Below are positions 10,439-19,321 of a DNA stretch of 64,000 nucleotides, in pieces. The DNA comes from a virus. The position numbers and the translations under genes are program-made. Under the pieces are notes generated by a model. That model saw only the letters and a program-made list of their open reading frames with translations. It searched no databases and was not told where the DNA came from. The stretch is from IMG/VR virus record IMGVR_UViG_3300036940_000232. One strand, given 5' to 3'. Every line of letters starts with the position of its first letter. The stretch's first letter is position 1.

Positions 10439-10906
10439 TTACTCGCTTACTGCAGCCTTTGAATCGATTGTGTCACTACCAAGGTTGGTTGCAACAGTCT
10501 TAAGTGCTATTCCACTGAATGACATTGTAGCTACGCCACCTTCATTCGTGATGTCTACAGGTGTTGCATTTGTAAAGTAACAATCTTCCCATGCTACCTC
10601 ATCAAATGTCCACTGATCCAGATCTGGCTTTGAGTTAACGATTCCAATTGAGAATCTTCCTCTGTTAATTGCAGTTGCATACATCTCGCGCATTACATCT
10701 GCATTAACTCCCTTAACGGTAAAGTCAAATGTAAATCTTTCGTTCTGAGCTGCGACACCAATGTTCGCTTCTTCTATTGAGTCAATAATCTCGAATGGTA
10801 AATCAGATGTAGGTGAGAAATTCTCAATCGGTGTGATTGGCATTTCATCGCCATCTACAGTTCTGAATCTAACTCCAAGTCTTGTTGTAACTTCGTAATC
10901 AACCAT
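10439..10906 (-). CDS. Tail tube protein
   Basis: 155 aa beta-rich protein directly after the sheath gene. Confidence 0.75.
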   Translation of the reverse strand: MVDYEVTTRLGVRFRTVDGDEMPITPIENFSPTSDLPFEIIDSIEEANIGVAAQNERFTFDFTVKGVNADVMREMYATAINRGRFSIGIVNSKPDLDQWTFDEVAWEDCYFTNATPVDITNEGGVATMSFSGIALKTVATNLGSDTIDSKAAVSE

Positions 10907-10916
10907 TTATATCACC

Positions 10917-11996
10917 TTATGCTGTAAACTTAAGATCAACATCGATTGAGTGGATTGAACCTGCATATTCTACGCTGATTGATACATCAACATTTCTTGT
11001 AGTTCTTGCTGTCGTAATCAGTGTGTCTTCTGCCGCGCTTCTTGATGCTGCGTCTTTTGCCAGTGCATTTGCTACTGGAATACTGATTGTGAATGATTCA
11101 AACTCGCCAGCATTTACTGCAACCTGTAAGATACCTGAGATCTTATTAATCAGTGATGCCATACCGACTCTGTTAATCTGTAACCCACCAATTACTGTAG
11201 GTGATGTTAAGTTTGCTTTAAGTTTGTATACTATGTCATCGATAGTTCTACGCACGTCAAGGAAATAAATTCCGTCTGCTACAGCTCCCATTGTATATGC
11301 TGACTCAAGTGCAAGACCTGAACCTGCCAGATACAGTGGATCAATCACTGGATTAAGATGTGCTGCTACGAGCGCTGTTCTCTGTGCTGTTGTGAATTCT
11401 GCTGTCTGTGTGATACCAGAAATTCCTCTGAGGATTGGTGACTGCCATGGATTGATAGACACGATAAGTCCTGCAACTGCTGCTGCGACATCGTTGTCTG
11501 AGTTATGTGCAATACCGAATACTCTGTCTTCAGATGCAGTCAGAAGTCCAGTTACTGCTGATGGTGCTGTTGAAGCGTCTTCTCCGCTGTCAAGCATGAA
11601 TACACCAATACGTTCTGTGACTGCTGCATTTACGTGATCCAGAAGTTCTTCTGAAACGTATGCGTCTGTATCTGTCTCTACTGTGTTTGCTACAACGACG
11701 ACCTGAATATCTTTTTCTGCTAACAGACCAAGCCCAGTTCCAACTGTTGTAGTTGTCTTTGTGTCTCCTATATCAACGATCCAAACCTTTGCTGCGCCGT
11801 TCTGGAATGCCAGTTTTGCTGCGAGTGAAAGGTCACAATCAGTTGCGTATAATGCATCTACTTCAGCAGGTGAGCCTACGAGTAAGGCTTCAGTCATAGC
11901 TGATGTACCTACACCAACAATTCCGACTGTACCAGTGTCTCTAATTGAAACGCCAGCGAGTTCAGATACGTCGACTGTTACATTAACAAATGCCAT
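10917..11996 (-). CDS. Contractile tail sheath protein (compact)
   Basis: TGTVGIVG, AKLAFQNGA.KVW, HLNPV and C-terminal L.VRRTID.I motifs of sheath proteins. Confidence 0.85.
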   Translation of the reverse strand: MAFVNVTVDVSELAGVSIRDTGTVGIVGVGTSAMTEALLVGSPAEVDALYATDCDLSLAAKLAFQNGAAKVWIVDIGDTKTTTTVGTGLGLLAEKDIQVVVVANTVETDTDAYVSEELLDHVNAAVTERIGVFMLDSGEDASTAPSAVTGLLTASEDRVFGIAHNSDNDVAAAVAGLIVSINPWQSPILRGISGITQTAEFTTAQRTALVAAHLNPVIDPLYLAGSGLALESAYTMGAVADGIYFLDVRRTIDDIVYKLKANLTSPTVIGGLQINRVGMASLINKISGILQVAVNAGEFESFTISIPVANALAKDAASRSAAEDTLITTARTTRNVDVSISVEYAGSIHSIDVDLKFTA

Positions 11997-12009
11997 TTCT
12001 TATTCTCCA

Positions 12010-12783
12010 TTAATTTATTGTAATTGAAATATCTTCTAAGTCAACATCTACTGATTCAAGTGGTGCACTTGCTTCACCCATGTTAACTTGCCAAGTGTCA
12101 GGATAAACTAATCCAATACTAAACGCCTTAATAACTACGACATCTTCGCCAATTAACGTGGAGAGATCAGTTATATCCGTACGTCTTGGAATCGAAATAT
12201 CATAATCCATCATCGTAGCTTCTAAATTAGCTTTTACCCATGTATTAAGATCTTTTAAGACTTTACCAACTGTCCAGTTCGCTCGTCTAATCGCTACATA
12301 AGTAACTGTAAATTCTGTGTCATCATCAGGCGTATCAACACCTAACCAATTAATGTCTATTCCATTGGAAGCGACTTCGTAGTCAGTGTCTTCTACAAAT
12401 GTAGTTGTGCCGTCTGTGATTGTAATTGTTCCGGTAACTGGTTCAGTAAGTCTATAAGTTGCTGTGCCATCTTCATATGTAAATGTGTCGACCATTGTGT
12501 CTTCTTCATCTTCAGCACCAACGACTAATCTTAGAGTTGCCTCTAGATATTCCTTATAGTCTATTGTGTTATCGGTTGCATTGTATTCACCATAATCGTC
12601 AATTGACCTAAAGTATGGTGTGTTGAAATCCAAGAACTGTACTGCTACAGTAACTCCTGGATATTTATTAGTTTCGTAAACGTTATTTAATTTAGTCGCA
12701 GTGACTGTTCCATCAATAAATGTATTTGGAATCAAGTCAAATATAGTATATTGGATATCCGGATCTAACATTAACTCACCCAC
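12010..12783 (-). CDS. Tail terminator-like protein with inserted beta domain
   Basis: Directly upstream of the sheath gene; YPG..V motif; internal DTDY..beta insertion. Confidence 0.55.
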   Translation of the reverse strand: MGELMLDPDIQYTIFDLIPNTFIDGTVTATKLNNVYETNKYPGVTVAVQFLDFNTPYFRSIDDYGEYNATDNTIDYKEYLEATLRLVVGAEDEEDTMVDTFTYEDGTATYRLTEPVTGTITITDGTTTFVEDTDYEVASNGIDINWLGVDTPDDDTEFTVTYVAIRRANWTVGKVLKDLNTWVKANLEATMMDYDISIPRRTDITDLSTLIGEDVVVIKAFSIGLVYPDTWQVNMGEASAPLESVDVDLEDISITIN

Positions 12784-13433
12784 TGAAACTCAAAGTGAGT
12801 TCCGTTTTGAATAATCTTTCCTTTTTTATTTTCCGTTAAGGTATTATTCTTACCTCTTCGAATACCTTGTTCTAATGCATTTGGTGTAATACCGGCGTTC
12901 TCTCTTCTAGTAATACCTTGAGGCGAGAACCCTTGGGCTAAATGCACCTTTGCTTCTTGAAATGTTTTATTGAATATCCTATGTTCTCTATAACCAATCT
13001 TAGTCATTGATTGATAGAAGAACGGACGTGCTGGTACACCTATACCATATTCGTGCATAGCAGCTATTTCAGCTACTGATTTTGATGTTCTATTTTCTAC
13101 TTCATCTTCAAATCCAACTACAATTGTATGATACTTTGTCATTGGATCCACATGTATTTCGAACACTAACGATTGTAACATCAATCCTGTTTCTGCAAGT
13201 GGTGTACTATAATTTAAAGCATTAGGATTTGCGGCCCGCCTATCTTTCGTTGCATCTGATAGAGCTTCAAGATTGAACTCTCCATTCATGATACCATCGA
13301 TGATAATCTGCGCCCACTCTTCAACTAGCGCCATAGAATATTCCCGGGCATAGTTGGAGGCGACGACACCAGCTAATTCACTGATGCCTTCTGCAAATTG
13401 TCCTAAAAACTTTTTAACATTATCTTGTGCCAA
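12771..13433 (-). CDS. Neck/tail completion protein (HK97 gp10-like)
   Basis: PL..TG.ML.S and A..HEYG..VPARPF motifs. Confidence 0.75.
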   Translation of the reverse strand: MAQDNVKKFLGQFAEGISELAGVVASNYAREYSMALVEEWAQIIIDGIMNGEFNLEALSDATKDRRAANPNALNYSTPLAETGLMLQSLVFEIHVDPMTKYHTIVVGFEDEVENRTSKSVAEIAAMHEYGIGVPARPFFYQSMTKIGYREHRIFNKTFQEAKVHLAQGFSPQGITRRENAGITPNALEQGIRRGKNNTLTENKKGKIIQNGTHFEFQWVS

Positions 13434-13779
13434 CGCTTACTTCCTCCAGTACATATTTCATATATGCACCTTCGTCTGACCAATTTTCTACTTGAGTAAC
13501 AATCATTCTTTTACTACCTGAAGTAATAACATCGTGATGTGTTAATATAATTTCAGATATTGGTACATATAGTTTCCACTTTCCACTTATATCGTATCCT
13601 ACAGGCATATGAACTAAGTCTTTATTGCTCATAGGCTGTAATGATCCTTGGAAGGGTGTTAGGGTCGGGGAGCTTCTAACGGGATTGCCACGGGCATCTA
13701 TAGCCTCCGTAGAAGCCGCTGAGACGAGATTTAGTTCCTTACTAATAGCAAGAATCGCCGCAGTCATATCCTGTATCAT
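13420..13779 (-). CDS. Head closure (stopper) protein
   Basis: GSLQP...D...P.G pattern, 119 aa, expected synteny. Confidence 0.65.
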   Translation of the reverse strand: MIQDMTAAILAISKELNLVSAASTEAIDARGNPVRSSPTLTPFQGSLQPMSNKDLVHMPVGYDISGKWKLYVPISEIILTHHDVITSGSKRMIVTQVENWSDEGAYMKYVLEEVSVGTR

Positions 13780-13783
13780 TTAA

Positions 13784-14623
13784 TCACCTCACCCTGTAGA
13801 ATCCTTTCTTAAAATTGGCAACTAATTTCTGGTAGCGAGCATTTGCTTTAACCGCTACATCTTTGGTTTTTGCGTAGGTTCCAGATGTGGCACCAGATGA
13901 TACCTTGATATCTCCTATTTCTATTGAATCGCCGCTTGTAGATGTTGAGAGTGCGTTAAGTTGGTCTGCGTAATGCAGTGCAGCGATTTTAGCCCCTAAC
14001 AACAGATATAAATGTGATGCTTTAACTTCACGACCTGTATAATAATAATTAAGATACAGTGCTTCTGATGTAGATAGCTGTGCGTCAAATTCTAAGTATC
14101 TTTGTGATGTATTAATTACCAATGGAACTTTTTCAACTTGTTCTGTAAATTCATATGTTGGAATTTCCATTGTGTAAATATCAATGTCATATTTTGATAC
14201 TGCGCCTGAGCAGTTCTGGTCAAATATGTATTTATTTGGAAGTTTATAATATGCGTCTTGAATCCAGCTAAGCTGCTCTGCATATACACGAATGCATATG
14301 TCTAGCATAATTTCATCTTTTGCTACCGGAAGCAAGGCATCAATTCTTGCATCTGAAATTTCTGTTGATGCAATGTTTTCTACATTACGCATGTGTGAAA
14401 TAAGTTTCTGCTCAAATGTATCAACGTCTTCTTTATCAGTTTCGTCAACACCATCTGTAAATGAAACTCTAATGGTAAGGGAGACATCTAAGTCTTCATC
14501 TTGCCAATCAATTTCGTATGAAGGGATTGTGTCAACTAAAGTTTCAGTTGCTCCATCCCATGTGTAAATGTTAGCCTCGGTCATACCATCTGGTACTTCC
14601 GGTAATAGTATGACTGCGCTCAT
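13784..14623 (-). CDS. Head-tail adaptor protein
   Basis: C-terminal S.xIGDIKVS motif typical of adaptors; synteny. Confidence 0.6.
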   Translation of the reverse strand: MSAVILLPEVPDGMTEANIYTWDGATETLVDTIPSYEIDWQDEDLDVSLTIRVSFTDGVDETDKEDVDTFEQKLISHMRNVENIASTEISDARIDALLPVAKDEIMLDICIRVYAEQLSWIQDAYYKLPNKYIFDQNCSGAVSKYDIDIYTMEIPTYEFTEQVEKVPLVINTSQRYLEFDAQLSTSEALYLNYYYTGREVKASHLYLLLGAKIAALHYADQLNALSTSTSGDSIEIGDIKVSSGATSGTYAKTKDVAVKANARYQKLVANFKKGFYRVR

Positions 14624-14628
14624 ATTAC

Positions 14629-14829
14629 TTAATCCCTTGAATATTTAACTAAGTCTTTGAAGACATCATATGCTTCTTCTGGTGTAAGTCCACCTTCGAC
14701 TGCACCAAGAATCTTGTCTTCAAGTGCTCCCTTCTCTTCCTTTGATATGTTCTTTGCTCTACGCTCTAAAGCTGCCCAAATAATACCTGCTACTGTTGTA
14801 GCTGCTAATGTAATTGTTGCTGGATCCAT
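14629..14829 (-). CDS. Small protein with N-terminal hydrophobic helix
   Basis: Coupled to the glycosyltransferase gene; one predicted membrane segment. Confidence 0.5.
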   Translation of the reverse strand: MDPATITLAATTVAGIIWAALERRAKNISKEEKGALEDKILGAVEGGLTPEEAYDVFKDLVKYSRD

Positions 14830-15783
14830 TTATAATTCTCCTAATAATTTTGTCCATTTTGGTTGCACTACTTCATGAGTATAGTTCTTTGCATATTCAA
14901 GAGCTTTCTCGCTGAGTTCGCCTCTCTGTTTGAGGGCCATTTCAATTCCAGAAGTAACTCCTTCTTTGCTGACTATTGCCCATGCTGTGCCATTATTCAT
15001 TTCTTCTAATCCTTCAACTGGTATCATAATACCTGAGTCTTGGATTAGTTCAATTTGACCACCGTAATTTGTAGCTACGCATGGAACCCCACATGCCATA
15101 GCTCTCATTGCTGCAATATTAAACATATCTGCTCTGTTCGTTGTAACAAAGACATCCATTGCATTAAATATATCTGAGCTACCAGGGCCGCCAACCAACA
15201 TGACTTTATCGCCAATATCCATATTTGCTACCAAAGGGATAAGTGGAAAATCAGCTTGTGGAGATTCCATTTGAGTGTTCAACATAAGAACTGGATTCTC
15301 AACTAAGTCTTTATCTACGAACTCTTTGAACCCAAATAACAGGGGCATTAAATTTGTCCTGATATCTTGTGGGCCGGAATATCCGATGACTACTGCGTCA
15401 TCGAGTTCGAATTCATCCACATACTCCTCCATTTCTTCAGCATTAAATGGTTTAAATATTTCTGGATCATATGAGAATGGAATTGGTTCTGAGATATTTT
15501 CAATACCTGCTTGTTCAAGTACCTTCTTTCCAAACTCTGTCATAGGCACAAAGATATCTGCCTTAAGTTCTGCAATGTTCTTGTCTAGTGGAGCCGCATC
15601 AATTGGGCACACATAAACTAACTTCTGACTGTCTGTAAGTTTGTACTCCTTTACTACTAAAGGATGTTTGAACGCTATAACGACATCTGCTTCCTCGATA
15701 GAATCAACGACTTCATATGTCTTGCTGATTTCTTCAACGGTCGCATCTGCCATACCATTATCATGATCTACGAATACTTTCAT
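14830..15783 (-). CDS. Glycosyltransferase, GT4/GT-B family
   Basis: FNAMDVFV...F..AAMRAMACGVPCVATNYGG..E motif. Confidence 0.85.
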   Translation of the reverse strand: MKVFVDHDNGMADATVEEISKTYEVVDSIEEADVVIAFKHPLVVKEYKLTDSQKLVYVCPIDAAPLDKNIAELKADIFVPMTEFGKKVLEQAGIENISEPIPFSYDPEIFKPFNAEEMEEYVDEFELDDAVVIGYSGPQDIRTNLMPLLFGFKEFVDKDLVENPVLMLNTQMESPQADFPLIPLVANMDIGDKVMLVGGPGSSDIFNAMDVFVTTNRADMFNIAAMRAMACGVPCVATNYGGQIELIQDSGIMIPVEGLEEMNNGTAWAIVSKEGVTSGIEMALKQRGELSEKALEYAKNYTHEVVQPKWTKLLGEL

Positions 15784-15814
15784 TTAATTGCCTCCGAAGA
15801 CATTGCTGCCTTCT

Positions 15815-15866
15815 ACTATATATATGTTTCTCTATGTTGCTGCTAGTATATAAAGGTTGTGCCGCA
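15815..15866 (-). promoter_or_regulatory. Late-type archaeal promoter
   Basis: Minus strand ACAACC-TTTATATA-CTA with ATATATATAG about 25 nt downstream, then GGAGG and ATG of 15783. Confidence 0.7.
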
Positions 15867-15867
15867 A

Positions 15868-16218
15868 CTATTTTAAGAGTACCCACTGCTCTCGATAACA
15901 CTCATATTTACCTGTTGAGTTATCAATGTGTGGATATAGTGTAATTTTCTTTGCGTCAACTGCAGCGTGTGGGATAACATACCATTGATCCTCTGGCTCA
16001 ATATATCCAATGATATAATCAATTGAACCTTGTTCATATGCTGTTCTATCGCATCCATTCACTGCTTCGAGTTTATAACGACGTCCTTCCGACATCGTCC
16101 TTGTTGATTTAACTTGGAGTCTTGTTAACCGACCGTTCCAGTCTGCAATTAAATCATATGGTAACGTATCGATTACTGGTTGACTTACTGCAAAATTCAT
16201 CTCTGTAAGTTTAATCAT
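15868..16218 (-). CDS. PD-(D/E)XK homing-type endonuclease (PDDEXK_5-like)
   Basis: YDLIAD...LQVKS motif; the conserved N-terminal helix continues upstream of the annotated ATG. Confidence 0.8.
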   Translation of the reverse strand: MIKLTEMNFAVSQPVIDTLPYDLIADWNGRLTRLQVKSTRTMSEGRRYKLEAVNGCDRTAYEQGSIDYIIGYIEPEDQWYVIPHAAVDAKKITLYPHIDNSTGKYECYREQWVLLK

Positions 16219-16826
16219 AGCTTGGAGTTCTGCAACTCCTCCTGCAATTCTTGGTTGAATAATTTCGCCTCCGTGTAATGTTCAGATATAAGATACAGTA
16301 ATGCTACCACATTAATCTCATCCATACCTTGTCCGGTAATACTATTATGGTAAATCGAATTATGTAATTCTTTTGGAATAAAAATTCCAATATCCGAATC
16401 ATTATTTAAATGTAAATGATGAAATTCAGAATTATCAAATCGTGTATTTAATGGATTGAATCCATATCCACGACGTTTGTGTGCGTCACGAGCTTTAACT
16501 AATTTACCAGCATCAGTTTTTCTATATGCGGCAACCTTTGTACATATATCATCTTTATGTTCAATATAATAAGATTTATCATACTCGCGCTTTTGTAATT
16601 TTATTTTATCAGCATTTTCTTCTAAGTATATTTTACGCTTGTCTTTATTATTTTCGTAATAAGATTTATTCCAAGCTTTACACTTATCAGGATTATCATC
16701 TCTAAACTTTTTATCAAGTTCTCTGCGACAATCTTTACATTGTGTACGTAGGCCATCTTTATGTGTTTTATCTTTATGAAAATTAGACTCATCTAATTCT
16801 CTATTACACCTACTACATACTTTCAT
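16215..16826 (-). CDS. HNH-type endonuclease with N-terminal Zn finger
   Basis: CxxC...CxxC N-terminus and FHHLH...IPKELHN C-terminus. Confidence 0.7.
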   Translation of the reverse strand: MKVCSRCNRELDESNFHKDKTHKDGLRTQCKDCRRELDKKFRDDNPDKCKAWNKSYYENNKDKRKIYLEENADKIKLQKREYDKSYYIEHKDDICTKVAAYRKTDAGKLVKARDAHKRRGYGFNPLNTRFDNSEFHHLHLNNDSDIGIFIPKELHNSIYHNSITGQGMDEINVVALLYLISEHYTEAKLFNQELQEELQNSKL

Positions 16827-17278
16827 ATAATCACTTTATGATATTCCCAATCCTCTGGAGGAAGGAAGTATTTTCCAGTCTGCGGCTCAAGTAGGTACAC
16901 AACAGAATCTTCTCCTACGAAAAGATTCAGCGAATGAACCCCTCCGCTTTCGCCAGGCTTACGGTCTACCTTCACTCTACCAAGTGCGTGACCCTGCCGT
17001 AGCATTGTAAAGTTAGCTTTCATCACGACAGAAAATCCGTCACAATCAAAAACTTCCTTTTCATATTTCATTTCTGGCACATAACTTGCGCCTACAAATT
17101 TTTCTAAGAACTCAAGATTGACAAGCATATAACTTGCATCTTCGCGTTCATAATCAACTTTAATATCAAGTGTCCCTTTAATCAGTGTATCCAATTCTTT
17201 AGCCATTACGTCAATTTGAGTTGTCTGACGCGGCATTAGTTCATATAAGAACTTAATTGCTTTGTTGATTAAATCCAT
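16823..17278 (-). CDS. Putative papain/transglutaminase-like cysteine peptidase
   Basis: FDCDGF (Cys) and HSLN (His-Asn) motifs; start moved to MDLINK at 17278. Confidence 0.55.
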   Translation of the reverse strand: MDLINKAIKFLYELMPRQTTQIDVMAKELDTLIKGTLDIKVDYEREDASYMLVNLEFLEKFVGASYVPEMKYEKEVFDCDGFSVVMKANFTMLRQGHALGRVKVDRKPGESGGVHSLNLFVGEDSVVYLLEPQTGKYFLPPEDWEYHKVII

Positions 17279-17747
17279 GTAATCTTTCCTGTGATAGATA
17301 TAATAATGCAATAATATTTATTTCATCCATACCTTGCCAACTAATACTGTTGTGAAAGATAATATTATGTAATTCTGCTGGCATATAAATACCAATACCA
17401 TGATCATCATCTATATGTAAATGATGAAAGTGACATCCTTCGAATGGTTCATTTAAAGGTTCGCATCCAAAGTTGCGTCTTTTGCTACAACTACGCGCTC
17501 TATACTCAGCCGCTTTATCTGGATTATTAAGTATCCATTCTCTATGTTTAGCATAATACACTTCTTGATTAGCTTTATAGTTTCTAGCATGCCTTTCTTT
17601 TGTATGAGTTTTATTTCTTTCATAATATGATTGCCCGCCTTTACGCTGACAATCTTTACACTGGGTTTGATATCCACGAGTTTTATGTTTATAAAAATTG
17701 GATTCATCTAACAATCGTCCACATTTATGGCATAACTTCATCATCAA
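17253..17747 (-). CDS. HNH-type endonuclease, paralog of 16215-16826
   Basis: Same Zn-finger N-terminus and near-identical C-terminus GMDEINxxALLYL. Confidence 0.7.
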   Translation of the reverse strand: MMMKLCHKCGRLLDESNFYKHKTRGYQTQCKDCQRKGGQSYYERNKTHTKERHARNYKANQEVYYAKHREWILNNPDKAAEYRARSCSKRRNFGCEPLNEPFEGCHFHHLHIDDDHGIGIYMPAELHNIIFHNSISWQGMDEINIIALLYLSQERLHGFNQQSN

Positions 17748-17767
17748 ACTCCTAATTATTTATTGAA

Positions 17768-17840
17768 TGTACGAGGTGTGATTCGAACACACAGCCATCT
17801 CCGTGCAAGGGAGGCGCTCTTCCATTGGAGCTACACGCAC
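17768..17840 (-). tRNA. tRNA-Ala(TGC)
   Basis: Full cloverleaf; CT-TGC-AC loop; G3:U70 alanine identity pair; A73. Confidence 0.9.
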
Positions 17841-17906
17841 ACACTGAAGGCTAGGCGGAGGCAACCATCATAGCCTTTCATATGTTTAAATGGTAGATAA
17901 ATGTAA

Positions 17907-18230
17907 TTAAATAAATATTGCTATAATTGCTACGATCATACATATAAGTGCGACAATCCAAGAGTAGATTTCGCGGTTTCCTGTATGTTTAGCGTCTTCG
18001 GTCTTTAGTTTACCAATGTCGCGCTCCACGACTGATAAACGGCCATTCACATCCGCTAGATTGTTCTTAAACTCTCTGCGAATAGATGCGTCGGTTTCTC
18101 TGACCTCAGTTTTAATCTCCCCCATTTCTCTTGCTATCTCTTTAAAACTGGTGTCAAACATGTTGTGTAAACTTTTCACTCGTTCGTCCAACCTGATAAT
18201 AAGATCACGGGTAGTACCGTCGCTATCCAT
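17907..18230 (-). CDS. Coiled-coil protein with C-terminal membrane helix (holin/XhlA-like)
   Basis: Heptad region followed by WIVALICMIVAIIAIFI. Confidence 0.5.
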   Translation of the reverse strand: MDSDGTTRDLIIRLDERVKSLHNMFDTSFKEIAREMGEIKTEVRETDASIRREFKNNLADVNGRLSVVERDIGKLKTEDAKHTGNREIYSWIVALICMIVAIIAIFI

Positions 18231-18244
18231 AGGCTATCACCTGT

Positions 18245-18272
18245 AAAAATCGAAAAAAAATTAAAAAAAAAG
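18245..18272 (-). terminator. Poly-T terminator after the major capsid gene
   Basis: Several T runs of 5-9 nt on the minus strand just after the stop. Confidence 0.55.
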
Positions 18273-18281
18273 GTGTTAGGC

Positions 18282-19280
18282 TTATGCGCCAACACCAGTT
18301 ACAAGTCCTACAATAGCACCAGAGTTGAGTCTAGCTGCCTTGTACATTGTAGTAGCATAGATGTAGTGCTTTCTTTGCTGTGGCTTGTATTCAGTTTCGA
18401 TTGTGACAGGTCTCTTAACAGCGAGTGCTGCTGCAGCAGACTTGTCGATGAGGATTGCGAGGTATCCAGTTTCTCCTGTTCCAATTCCTACGCTTGGTAC
18501 GTGGAGGGACTCAACAATGTCGATTCCGTAGAGTCTTGTGATTACACCATTCTCACGGAACTGTGTTGCACCAGCCTTGCTTGCATCGATGAACATGTCA
18601 TCCTTTAAGAGTGATGCTGTCTGTCTTGGGTGGACAAAGAGTGTGTCTGCCTTGAATCCGCTTTCCTGCATTGTGACCATACCTTCTGCGATGAGTGGCA
18701 TGTCAAGTACATCATTTGTTGCGACTCCAGCGATGTCTGCTCCTGCGTATGCGACGTCATAATCTGCTGCTACATATGTAGTTGCTGATGCGTCTGCTTC
18801 GAGGACAGTGATTGGGTCTGTGTCTGATGCTGCTGTGATAGCTGCGACAATGTCCTGGTCTTCCTTGATTGCAATTCCTTCTGCGAGCTGCATCTTAAGG
18901 TTGTCAAGCATTGAAATCATAACTTCATCGATTGCCTGCTTTGTGACGGATGTTGCCATACCGACCTCTGTTGGCTCGATTGTTACTGTGTCGAAAGACA
19001 GTTCAGTGTTGATTGGTACATCAGTAAGGTCATTTGCAATGTCCTGTGCACTGTATGTAGTGTAGTCGATGTATGCTCTCTTAGGCAGTTTGATAGTAGA
19101 ACCAGACTTTCCTACAAGGTCAGTATTGACTGTAACGAAGTTTCTGAATACTCTAACAGCTTCTGCTGCCTTCTCGATCTCTGCTCCCCATACTTCTGGA
19201 ATACGTGCTGTAACGTCATCGTGTGAAATTTCGTCACCGTCAGCAAGGGTCATGTTCTGTAAATCTTCAATTGAACTCAT
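18282..19280 (-). CDS. Major capsid protein (HK97 fold)
   Basis: IPEVW..EI, G.TIKLP, LA..IA..ED, LFVHP...A.L, G.I..LYGI.IVES and IET.....RK.YI motifs; start at MSSIEDL. Confidence 0.9.
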   Translation of the reverse strand: MSSIEDLQNMTLADGDEISHDDVTARIPEVWGAEIEKAAEAVRVFRNFVTVNTDLVGKSGSTIKLPKRAYIDYTTYSAQDIANDLTDVPINTELSFDTVTIEPTEVGMATSVTKQAIDEVMISMLDNLKMQLAEGIAIKEDQDIVAAITAASDTDPITVLEADASATTYVAADYDVAYAGADIAGVATNDVLDMPLIAEGMVTMQESGFKADTLFVHPRQTASLLKDDMFIDASKAGATQFRENGVITRLYGIDIVESLHVPSVGIGTGETGYLAILIDKSAAAALAVKRPVTIETEYKPQQRKHYIYATTMYKAARLNSGAIVGLVTGVGA

Positions 19281-19321
19281 ATAAATTCTCTCCAATTCGG
19301 TTAATGTTGTTTAATAAATGT

